DNA of 64,000 nucleotides from Gemmatimonadota bacterium (GTDB lineage Bacteria; Gemmatimonadota; Gemmatimonadetes; Gemmatimonadales; Gemmatimonadaceae): NCBI GenBank assembly GCA_040389905.1, contig JAZJZK010000007.1, positions 265,105 to 329,104 of the forward strand, read 5' to 3'. Shown piece by piece: positions 18,758 to 27,326 of this stretch (position 1 is its first letter; each line of letters starts with the position of its first letter). The notes under the pieces were generated by a model. It saw only the letters and a program-made list of their open reading frames with translations, ran no database searches and was not told where the DNA came from. The position numbers and the translations under genes were made by a program.

Positions 18758-19507
18758 TTACGCAGTGTCGTCCGGTCCAGGCGCAACGAAGACTCGGGCA
18801 CGGACCTTTTCGCGGATATGGGCGTAGATCGCTGCACCCTTGGCCGCCGTCGCAAGGGTCGGCCGCCCGATCGAGCCTGAGCTCCCCTGCGGGATCTTCA
18901 GCCACCCTCGGCGGTATCGCCGCAGCTCTTCGCGCGACATCATATAGTCCTCCGCCAGATCCATCTGCACCAAGTGGGGGGCGAGAAAGAGCATGAGTGA
19001 AGTATCCACCTCGTCGCCGTGCATCGGCTCGGTCTGCCCCTCGAGGAACGCACGGGTATTGACCGCGAAAATGTCCACGACGCGCACCCGCGCTTTCGTG
19101 GTAATGACGGTCGAAAGGGCTTCCTGGTGCGGATCGTGTTCGTGTGCGGTGAGTAGAATGAATTCCCTGACCCCGGTGGACTCCCATGTATCGAGCAAAT
19201 CGTTGAGCATGCGGTGCAACGTCTTCTTGCGCACTGACGCATTGCCGGCGAAGCCGCGCTCCGTGTCCACGTTGACGCCGTACTCGATCGTCGGGGCGCG
19301 AAGCACGCCGAACTCCGCCGAGAGGTCGTCGGCCAGGTGTTCGACAATGAGGGTGTCCGCACCGAGGGGCAGATGCCGCCCGTGCTGTTCGCACGTGCCG
19401 ACGGGAACGATCAGGCGGGTGTCGCGCTCGAGCGTGGCGCGAATTTCGTCGGGGCGCATTTCCTTGATGCGACGCGGCGTTGTCGTTTCGGGCGTGGAGT
19501 AGGTCAT
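18758..19507 (-). CDS. Creatininase (creatinine amidohydrolase) family protein
   Basis: Family-typical N-terminus (VPVGTCEQHGRHLPLGADTLIVEHLA) and a later HGDEVDTS motif. Confidence 0.8.
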   Translation of the reverse strand: MTYSTPETTTPRRIKEMRPDEIRATLERDTRLIVPVGTCEQHGRHLPLGADTLIVEHLADDLSAEFGVLRAPTIEYGVNVDTERGFAGNASVRKKTLHRMLNDLLDTWESTGVREFILLTAHEHDPHQEALSTVITTKARVRVVDIFAVNTRAFLEGQTEPMHGDEVDTSLMLFLAPHLVQMDLAEDYMMSREELRRYRRGWLKIPQGSSGSIGRPTLATAAKGAAIYAHIREKVRARVFVAPGPDDTA

Positions 19508-19673
19508 TCTGAACGACGCAGCAAGTCAGATCCCGAAGACGGCCGACCGGCGTCCGCTGATTGCTCCGGCGGCGGTCGCCGTTGCGATCCTGGCCTGTAG
19601 CAAGTGGCTAGCGGAGCCTCGCGTAGGTTATCTAGCGGTCTGCATCCTCGCCACCGTTGCAGCCGCGTACGCT

Positions 19674-22600
19674 GTGCGGAAATGGGCCGTCGTGGCCGGC
19701 AGGCTGCCCATTGTCATCGCGCTGTTCGCGCTCATCTACGCGTCGGCCGTTGGCGGGCGCGCGCAGCTTCGCCTGGTGCGCTTTTCCAGTGCACCGGAGC
19801 GGGTCGGAAGCGAAGAGGCAGCGGCGCAGCGAAAACGCCTGCAGTCCCGAATGGACGATGAGCTCGCAAGCCTGCGCACTGCGGCGTTAGCGGGCCGGAG
19901 TCTCCCACCCGATTCCCGCCGAGCTGTTGCCGTGCTCGAACGGGTGCTCGACGATATCGAGCATCGCGCCGTACTCGTGCGTCGAGGAGACTCACTGGTG
20001 GCATGGGCAGGCACGCTGCACGCCGACCCGGCGACCCTCACCTCGGTCAGCGGCGTCGTCCTTTCCCCCTTTGGGCTGACGGTCTACGTGACGGACGACA
20101 GCGCGTCGGTCCACACCGTTGCTGCCTCGCTGCTCTACGCGCTGTCCCCTGCCGACCGCCTCACACGAGGAGTGTCGCAACGGCTGGCGAGCGACGAGGT
20201 GACGGAAGGATTCGATTTCGCGCCGCCCTCTGATTCCGCGGGCCCCAACGACCTGCGCTATGTCGATCAGGGTCGAGCGCTGTTCATTGCGCGCCCGTTG
20301 ATTCCCTCCGTCGGGGAGGTGCGCCTGCGGATGCTGGAACGTTCACGGGTGCGCGTGGGCATCGCGCTCCTGGTTGCGATGTTTGCGTTCCTGATCGGCG
20401 TGGCGCGGCGCGGTGGAAGTCCGCTGGCCGTCGTCGCGGGTGCCGGCGTAATGCTCGCCTGTCTCGCGGTGATTCCGCTGAACGAGTTTTCGACGCGCTC
20501 GCGACTGTTCGACCCGTCCGTCTACTACTACGGAGGCGGACGCGCCTACTCGGCGAATGCTGCGGCGCTCGGACTCACGTCCGCCACGATCCTGCTGCTC
20601 GTCCTCATCGGGGTTCGTCGGTCGGGCTGGAAGCTGCCGCGCTCCGCCGCGGCCGCAATCGCAGTCGTGACGGTCGCCGTCGGACCCTTTGCGGTGCGTG
20701 CGCTCTCGAGAGGCATTCGGACTCCCCTGGAAGGCGCGGGTGGGGCATTGTGGCTGGTCTGGGAGGTGCCGCTCTGTCTCGTCGCAACGGCCCTTCTCGT
20801 CCTTGCGCATTGGGCGGGCCGCCGCGCGATCGGCGACCGGCGCGGACTCCCGATTGGAACGGGGCCGGCGATCGCGCTCGTCGCCGCCGTCATGGCTCCG
20901 CTGCTCTGGGAAGCGCCAGGGCAATGGCCGCAGTGGTACGCGTTGGCATGGCCACTCGCGATTGGAGCCGTCGTGCTCTCGCGGTCGTCGCACCGTGCGT
21001 TGCTCGCCTGCGCGTCCGTCGCCGCGCTCGGTGCCACGACCGTCGTGTGGGGCAGCGCATCGCGCGGCCGAGTGGAGCTGGCAGAGCGCGACGTTCGCGG
21101 GCTGTCGCTCCCGGACGAATACGCGAACCTCCTCGCGGACCGATTGGCCTCTCGGCTACAGGGGCGCGACCTTCCGCTGACGTCGCAGGAGTTGCTCGAG
21201 AAGTACGTCACCTCCGATCTCGCGTCCGCCGGATACCCCGTCGCGTTGTGGTCGTGGCGGGAGGGTGCTCGCGTTGCCACGTTCCGCTCCGCGCCCCTCA
21301 CGATCGCGGCCGACACCGTGGAAGGCGCCGCGCTGTTGGCGAAGCAGTTCAATCGGATCGTCACCACAAGCACCCGTGCCGCAGTCTACGGCGTCCATGT
21401 CGTCGCGGTTCCGATGCAGGGTGGGGTCTTGACCATCATGGTCGGCCCCCGAACGCGCCTCATCGGCACAGACCCATATGCGCGGTGGTACGGATTGGCG
21501 GCGTCGGAGCTCAACGAGCCGCCGTATTCGCTGCAACTCGTTAATGATCCGCTCGCACAGCGCGACGACATTCGTTGGCGCCGTGAAGACACCGAGCTGC
21601 ACGGAGACTGGGCGGTGCTGGCGCCTTCGGGGCCGGCGCGCGCGCACATCTTGGTGGATCTTCGCGGACTCGACACGCTCATTCCGCGTGGTGGTTTGCT
21701 GGTCCTCGTGGATTTGCTCGCGATCTCACTCGTCTGGTTCCTCGGCGCAACGGCGGACGGCCGAGTCGGCCGATGGCTACGCATGCGCCGCCGCCAGATT
21801 CGCAGCTATCGCGCACGCGTGTCCGTCGCGCTCTTCCTGTTCTTCCTCGGCCCGGCGTCCGTGTTTGCGGTGTGGTCGTGGAAGCAGCTCTCCTACGATG
21901 CGGAGGCGTCACGACGGCGGTTGGTGACGGAAACGATGCGCGCGTTCGCCGGTGATCCGCTGGATCCCGCCGTTCTCACGAGCGAAGCCCGCCGGCTGGA
22001 CACGAAGTTTCTCGTGTACCGGCGAGGTGTGCTCGCTGGTGCCAGCGACTCGTTGTTTGCTGACTTCGCGCCGATGGGGCAGCTGCTGCGCCCGGATGTC
22101 TTCGTCAAATTGAACGTCGCGGACGAGCCGAGTGCAACGAAGCCGGAAAATCTGGACGGTGCGCGGGGAATGCTGGGCTATCGCGTCTGGCCCAATACTG
22201 GACGTTCCCTGGTGCTCGCGGCGCCGGCGCGCGTCGGTGATCTGCTCCTCGACCGTCGGCGTCGCGATCTCGGTGTGCTGGTCCTCTTCGCCACCGCCGT
22301 TGGTGCCGCGGCGGCGCTCTGGCTCAGTGCCATGGCAGCCAATCAGCTCGCGCGTCCCATCAGCGCGCTGCGCGAAGCGGCGCGTGCGGTGGCACGCGGC
22401 GAGAGCAACGTGCCGCTCGACGAGAAGGCCGTGAGTGAGTTCATGCCGGTCTTCACCGCGTTCCGGGCGATGGCACGCGACCTCGGCGAGAGTCGCTCGG
22501 CCCTCGTGGAAACGCAGCGTCGCACGGACGCAGTCCTGCGGACGGTCGCGAGTGGCGTGATCGCTGTCGATGAATCGGGACGCGTTATCCTGGCGAATCC

Positions 22601-23501
22601 GCGTGCCGAAGCGCTGCTCGGCTCCATTCCCGCAGCGGGACAGGCGGTGAATCGGCTTGCCGTGCCGGCGGTGTCGGCGCGCGTCGCCGGCTTCTTGCGC
22701 AGTTCGCAGACCGCGGACGGATTCGAGTTGGAGCGCGATGGTCGTACGCTGCGCGGCCAGCTTACGCGACTCACGCGCGGCGGCGCAGTGCTCACCTTCG
22801 ATGATGTGACGGAGCTTGCGCGGGCGCAGCGTGTGTTGGCGTGGGGCGAGATGGCGCGCCAGGTGGCGCACGAGATCAAGAATCCGCTGACGCCTATTCG
22901 ACTTGGTGTTCAACACCTCCTGCGCGCCCGCGGGCGGGACGACTTCGATGCGATCTTGCGGCAGAACGTCGAGCGGATTCTTACGGAGATCGACCGGCTC
23001 GATGAGATTGCGCGCGCTTTTAGCCGGTACGGTGGTGCGCCAGAACAGCGCGCGCCTGCTGAGGCGACAGATGTCGTTGCGATCGTGCAGGATGTGATTG
23101 CGCTGGAGACGCTCGGTGAAGGAAACGTACAGTGGGCGTGCGATGTCTCCGGTGATATTCCGCCTGCATTTGCCAATGGCGACGAGTTGCGCGAGGTCTT
23201 ACTGAATGTCTTTGAAAACGCCCGGCATGCAGAAGCGCGAACCGTGACGGCCACGGTTTGCACGATCACCGTGCCCGACGGCTCGGCGCGCGTTCGAATC
23301 GAAGTCGTCGATGATGGGACGGGGATCGCGAGTGATGTGTTGCCGAAAATCTTCGAGCCGCACTTCTCCACGCGAACGAGTGGGAGTGGGCTCGGGCTCG
23401 CGATTACGCGACGCCTGGTCGAAAGTTGGCAGGGAGAGGTGTCGATCGAGAGTGCGGAAGGGGAGGGAAGCACGGTGCGTGTGGACCTTCGTCCGGTCTA
23501 G
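19674..23501 (+). CDS. Sensor histidine kinase, NtrY-like, with a very large multi-TM N-terminal region
   Basis: C-terminus: HAMP-like segment, PAS-like segment, H-box VAHEIKNPLTPI, N-box LLNVFENARHA, G1 VVDDGTGI, G2 GSGLGLAI. Multiple hydrophobic segments lie in residues ~200-480 and ~690-760. GTG start. Confidence 0.85.
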   Translation: MRKWAVVAGRLPIVIALFALIYASAVGGRAQLRLVRFSSAPERVGSEEAAAQRKRLQSRMDDELASLRTAALAGRSLPPDSRRAVAVLERVLDDIEHRAVLVRRGDSLVAWAGTLHADPATLTSVSGVVLSPFGLTVYVTDDSASVHTVAASLLYALSPADRLTRGVSQRLASDEVTEGFDFAPPSDSAGPNDLRYVDQGRALFIARPLIPSVGEVRLRMLERSRVRVGIALLVAMFAFLIGVARRGGSPLAVVAGAGVMLACLAVIPLNEFSTRSRLFDPSVYYYGGGRAYSANAAALGLTSATILLLVLIGVRRSGWKLPRSAAAAIAVVTVAVGPFAVRALSRGIRTPLEGAGGALWLVWEVPLCLVATALLVLAHWAGRRAIGDRRGLPIGTGPAIALVAAVMAPLLWEAPGQWPQWYALAWPLAIGAVVLSRSSHRALLACASVAALGATTVVWGSASRGRVELAERDVRGLSLPDEYANLLADRLASRLQGRDLPLTSQELLEKYVTSDLASAGYPVALWSWREGARVATFRSAPLTIAADTVEGAALLAKQFNRIVTTSTRAAVYGVHVVAVPMQGGVLTIMVGPRTRLIGTDPYARWYGLAASELNEPPYSLQLVNDPLAQRDDIRWRREDTELHGDWAVLAPSGPARAHILVDLRGLDTLIPRGGLLVLVDLLAISLVWFLGATADGRVGRWLRMRRRQIRSYRARVSVALFLFFLGPASVFAVWSWKQLSYDAEASRRRLVTETMRAFAGDPLDPAVLTSEARRLDTKFLVYRRGVLAGASDSLFADFAPMGQLLRPDVFVKLNVADEPSATKPENLDGARGMLGYRVWPNTGRSLVLAAPARVGDLLLDRRRRDLGVLVLFATAVGAAAALWLSAMAANQLARPISALREAARAVARGESNVPLDEKAVSEFMPVFTAFRAMARDLGESRSALVETQRRTDAVLRTVASGVIAVDESGRVILANPRAEALLGSIPAAGQAVNRLAVPAVSARVAGFLRSSQTADGFELERDGRTLRGQLTRLTRGGAVLTFDDVTELARAQRVLAWGEMARQVAHEIKNPLTPIRLGVQHLLRARGRDDFDAILRQNVERILTEIDRLDEIARAFSRYGGAPEQRAPAEATDVVAIVQDVIALETLGEGNVQWACDVSGDIPPAFANGDELREVLLNVFENARHAEARTVTATVCTITVPDGSARVRIEVVDDGTGIASDVLPKIFEPHFSTRTSGSGLGLAITRRLVESWQGEVSIESAEGEGSTVRVDLRPV

Positions 23502-23588
23502 CCTCACTGGATGTCATCCCGAGCGAAGTCGACCTGCGTGACAACGATTTCGAACGCGATCTGGATGCGATGCAGGAACTCGTGCGCG

Positions 23589-23837
23589 TCAGCGGCCAGC
23601 TTGTCCAAGGAAGTAGGCTCCGGCGACCATGAGGAAGACGAAGAACGCCCACGCCGCCCTGTGCACCGTCGCGCGCGCGGCCTCCGTGTAACCCACCGGA
23701 GAGACCTTTGTGAGCTTGGCGTGAAGCTCTCTGCGCTCGTCGATCAGCGCATCGATGTATTCGCGGACGTACTCGTTCTCGTGCTTCGCCGCGTGCGCGA
23801 TCAGCCTGCGCGGAGACATGCGTCGGGTGGCAGTCAT
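23589..23837 (-). CDS. Hypothetical small membrane-anchored protein
   Basis: Strong G/C bias at codon position 3 by hand inspection. Helical N-part and a C-terminal TM (AAWAFFVFLMVAGAYFL). Confidence 0.5.
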   Translation of the reverse strand: MTATRRMSPRRLIAHAAKHENEYVREYIDALIDERRELHAKLTKVSPVGYTEAARATVHRAAWAFFVFLMVAGAYFLGQAGR

Positions 23838-23865
23838 TGGCCGAGAAAGAACGGTTCGGGGTTGT

Positions 23866-24300
23866 TCAAGTCACGTACGTGCGCGTCGATTTCAGGCTGC
23901 GGGATATCGCGAATGAGCAATGCGCGTCCGTCGATTCGACGGATCTTCGGATTGTCGCTTCCTGCGATGCTTTCACCAGCAGCACCCGAAACAATCGTCC
24001 GGTGGGGTTGAGCTGGAACCAAAAGATGATCGCAAGCGCGGTCGCGATAACATTCGCCATGATGTACAGCCGGCTTCGGATGTAACGCGCCGTCCGCGTG
24101 ACCGAGTGGCTCTCCGCCCACGCGAGCTGCTTCCGCAGCTCGCGGATCTCCGCCTCGTACAGCAGGACCTCGTCGAAGGTGTCGTCGCGCGCATCGCGCC
24201 TCGCTGTGCAGGCGAGAACGTACTGGTCGGCGCCCGACGCAGTGATCCGCCATGTTTCCTCGGGCGGCGCTCGATGGCCGTGGAGTGGCGCGCTTGTCAT
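23866..24300 (-). CDS. Hypothetical membrane protein
   Basis: Good codon-position-3 G/C bias from ~23990 upward, and a TM LYIMANVIATALAIIFWF. The 3' end is ambiguous against overlapping frame 23834..24253. Confidence 0.45.
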   Translation of the reverse strand: MTSAPLHGHRAPPEETWRITASGADQYVLACTARRDARDDTFDEVLLYEAEIRELRKQLAWAESHSVTRTARYIRSRLYIMANVIATALAIIFWFQLNPTGRLFRVLLVKASQEATIRRSVESTDAHCSFAISRSLKSTRTYVT

Positions 24301-24498
24301 GGCTCGGCCAATTCTACGCTACCGTATCAAGATCGAGGCAAGTCCCGCCACTCAGGTGAGCGCGCGCATGCGCGCCCTTCACTTCGAACGAAGGACGCTT
24401 CTGCAAAGTGGCGGCAAGGGGACTGAAACCCTGGCAGTCCGTCTCTCGTATGGGAAACCAATACGTTATGCAATTTCCCCTGCGTACCGAGATTCACC

Positions 24499-25239
24499 AT
24501 GACTCAACGTCTTACCCTCGCTGCGTCGAGCGGGCTGCCCTTGCTATCGCTCGCCTTCCACGTGGCGATGGGAGTGATTGCACTCGTGACCGGCTATGTC
24601 GCCATCGCCACGCGTAAGGGCAGCCCATGGCATCGCCGCGCGGGTCTCGTCTTCGTGTGTACCATGATCGCGACCGGCCTCACGGCCGGAGCAATCTCGA
24701 TCTATGAAGGAAAGCCCTTTGGCGGCGGATTCCTGACGGCGTATCTCGTCTTTACGGCGTACACCGCACTGCGGCCGCTGCCCGCATTCGGACGCGCGAT
24801 CGAGATCGTGCTCCTTGTCCTCGTATCCATCGCGACGTACGGCATGTTCCGAAACGGCATGACCGCGCTCGGAAATCCGAACGGCACACTCGATGGTGTT
24901 CCGGCAGGAATGCTCTTCTTCCTCGGCAGCGTGTTTCTTCTCGCCGCAATCGGCGACGTCCGCGTGCTGCGCGCGGGCGGCATCCAGGGATCGAAGCGAA
25001 TTGCGCGCCATTTCTGGCGCGTGTGCTTCGGGCTGTTCATCGCGTCGGGCTCATTCGTCGCGCAACTGGTGAAGATGCCGTTCATGCCGGCGCAGCTTCG
25101 CAGCGTTCCGGTCATTGTATTGCTTGGCGGTGCGCCGCTGGTGGTGCTGCTCTACTGGATGTGGCGCATCCGCCTCAGGCATAACCTGCGTGGACTGATG
25201 ACGAAGCCGATCGAGGCTCCGTTCGTGCCGATCGCATGA
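24499..25239 (+). CDS. Hypothetical polytopic membrane protein
   Basis: Six or so hydrophobic segments; no recognisable catalytic motif. Confidence 0.7.
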   Translation: MTQRLTLAASSGLPLLSLAFHVAMGVIALVTGYVAIATRKGSPWHRRAGLVFVCTMIATGLTAGAISIYEGKPFGGGFLTAYLVFTAYTALRPLPAFGRAIEIVLLVLVSIATYGMFRNGMTALGNPNGTLDGVPAGMLFFLGSVFLLAAIGDVRVLRAGGIQGSKRIARHFWRVCFGLFIASGSFVAQLVKMPFMPAQLRSVPVIVLLGGAPLVVLLYWMWRIRLRHNLRGLMTKPIEAPFVPIA

Positions 25240-25310
25240 CAACACCCGCGGTGTAGTGGAGCGTCACCCAATTGCGGAGTGCAGAAACACGTGTCGCGAC
25301 AACTGTCCAC

Positions 25311-25907
25311 TCAACGGCGCACCCGATAGCGCACGTGAAGCACCCGGTTGCCCTGGATCACCACGTCAGGATCGTCCAGCAAATGCTGCGCGTCGACCGA
25401 CCCGAAGTAGCGCTTGCCGGACCCGAACACCACGGGTACGACATCCATGCGCACCTCGTCGACCAGCCCCTCGGCAAGCACCTGGCCACCGACGTCGCCA
25501 GCGGCGACCTCGACCACGCGATCGCCCGCGAGCTCCTGCGCCTTGAGCACGGCCGCCGTTACACCCTCGACGAAGTGGAACGGCGCCTCGGGATGCCAGC
25601 CCTCGGGCCTGCCCCGGTGGGTCACGACGACGACGTGGTCGATCCCGCCCGGGGGCTTCCCGTCCCAGCCGTCCGTCATGTCGAAGACGTGGCGGCCGAC
25701 GATGGTCGCCCCGATCTGGTTCCAGTACGGCCGAGTGTAGTCGTACGACGCCTGCGACACCTTTAGCACGCCGCTCTCGTCCAACGGGACGTCACCGCTG
25801 AGCAACCAGTCGAACAGCGGTCCGGGCTGGTCGCTCTCGTCCGCGATGAAACCGTCGACGGACACCGAGGCGTACATGACAACCTTTCCCACGGGGCACT
25901 CCTCCAC
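25311..25907 (-). CDS. Dihydrofolate reductase family protein (RibD C-terminal domain)
   Basis: GKVVMYASVSVDGFIADES... and ...DEVRMDVVPVVFGSGKRYF, typical of the RibD_C family. Confidence 0.8.
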   Translation of the reverse strand: MEECPVGKVVMYASVSVDGFIADESDQPGPLFDWLLSGDVPLDESGVLKVSQASYDYTRPYWNQIGATIVGRHVFDMTDGWDGKPPGGIDHVVVVTHRGRPEGWHPEAPFHFVEGVTAAVLKAQELAGDRVVEVAAGDVGGQVLAEGLVDEVRMDVVPVVFGSGKRYFGSVDAQHLLDDPDVVIQGNRVLHVRYRVRR

Positions 25908-25958
25908 TTTGGGTTGCCCCCAACGTAGCCTCTCGCGAGCACGCAGTCTTGTAAGAAA

Positions 25959-26798
25959 TCAATCGGCCGGCAGCGGCCAGCCGTCCATCACGTGGCCGGG
26001 ATGTTCGCGCAGGAATCGCTGCCGGACTTCGATGTATCGTGTCGGCGTGAGCCCGGTGAAGTCCCGGAACTCGTGACCGAAATGGGCCTGGTCGAAGTAG
26101 CCTGCGCTACCAGCGAGGCCAGCCCAGTCGATCGGTTCGGCGGGGTCGATCGAGAACACGGTGGCGGCGAAGCGCCAGGTGCGCGCCAGTCGCTTCGGCG
26201 TTACGCCGATGAGTGCCTTGAAGCGCTGTGCCAGGTGCGTGTTGCTCACACCGGCTGCCTCCGTGAGGTCGCGGATGGCCACCGACCCGCTGGTCGCAGC
26301 GATGATGCTGCTCGTGTGGCGGACCAGCCCCAGGCCGGCTGTCTCACTCAGTCGTCGCCGTAGCTCCTCCTCGAGAAGCGTCAGCATCTCGTGAGGTCCG
26401 TTCGCCGTGGCCATCCGGTCTCGCAGCTCCGCAATTGCAGACCGGCCCCACACCTGCTCGACCGTCACCGGCCGGTCACACAGCTCGGCCGCAGGCATCG
26501 GCAGAAAGGGCGCCAGCCCCCACGGCTTGAAGTGCACGCCGACGGACCGGGTCCAGAGTGGGTAGCCGAAGTCGAACGCTCGAGTGGGCATGGTGATCAC
26601 GCAGCCGTCGGTGTACTCGGCGGTCTCGAGGTCGGCGCCGCCGCGGATGCGGAACGGCGCGCCGAGGTTGACGATGAGCAGCGCCGCCGGCATCGGCGGC
26701 AGCGTCAGGCGGGCGTACGGCGGCGCGCCTTCCAGGTAATAGAGGTCGTCGATAAGCCCGTTCAGCGGCGCTCGCGGGACTCTGGACACGTACTCCAT
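25959..26798 (-). CDS. AraC family transcriptional regulator
   Basis: C-terminal double HTH (AGVSNTHLAQRFKALIGVTPKRL ... GYFDQAHFGHEFRDFTGLTPTRY). Start at MEYVSRVP. Confidence 0.85.
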   Translation of the reverse strand: MEYVSRVPRAPLNGLIDDLYYLEGAPPYARLTLPPMPAALLIVNLGAPFRIRGGADLETAEYTDGCVITMPTRAFDFGYPLWTRSVGVHFKPWGLAPFLPMPAAELCDRPVTVEQVWGRSAIAELRDRMATANGPHEMLTLLEEELRRRLSETAGLGLVRHTSSIIAATSGSVAIRDLTEAAGVSNTHLAQRFKALIGVTPKRLARTWRFAATVFSIDPAEPIDWAGLAGSAGYFDQAHFGHEFRDFTGLTPTRYIEVRQRFLREHPGHVMDGWPLPAD

Positions 26799-27015
26799 GC
26801 GCCCAGTATAGCAGGCGTCCCGCCGCGCCATCCGTGCTCGTGATCACGTCTCATCGGTACGTGCACAGGAGCTGGCTCACGTTCATCGTCACAAGACGAC
26901 CCTGTCCTGCGCTCGCCGGGGTCATCATGGGGCGAGTGGCTCACGCACGATCACTCGCCCAATCCGGTCTTCCGTGCCCCCTGGGAGGAGGGCTGGTCCT
27001 TCCTGCCTGTACCGC

Positions 27016-27226
27016 TCAGAGCTTGCCCTTCTCTATGAGCCGGTCGTACTCGGGGTGGGTCACCACGTGGCGGACGTAGATCGGGCCGAGGTCGTAGCGC
27101 ATTGCGACCACGAGCCGGTACTTGTTGCCGCCAACGTTGAAAGCCGCCTTTCGCGGCCGATGAAATCGACCATCGGGAAGTCCTTCTACGTGTCGAACAG
27201 CGCCGCCTGCCTTTCGCGTGAGGACT
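27016..27226 (-). pseudogene. higB: Decayed HigB-family toxin remnant
   Basis: Minus-strand translation gives AAFNVGGNKYRLVVAMRYDLGPIYVRHVVTHPEYDRLIEKGKL*, the HigB C-terminal core. The upstream part KDFPMVDFIGRER is in another frame and is preceded by an in-frame TAG (27186-27188). No intact N-terminus and no HigA-like ORF adjacent. Confidence 0.6.
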
Positions 27227-27326
27227 ACCCGTAGGGCTAGTCATCGCCATAGGCTGGTATCTGAGGCGGCCGCCTCCGATGTTAGAGTGCGGCCACCTCT
27301 GGCAGTATCCTCCCTGGGAGAATGCT

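Noticed and set aside
26840-27015. HigA antitoxin downstream of the HigB remnant
   Set aside because: The minus-strand frames I translated gave no HTH/XRE-like sequence, only short Pro/Gly/Arg-rich peptides.
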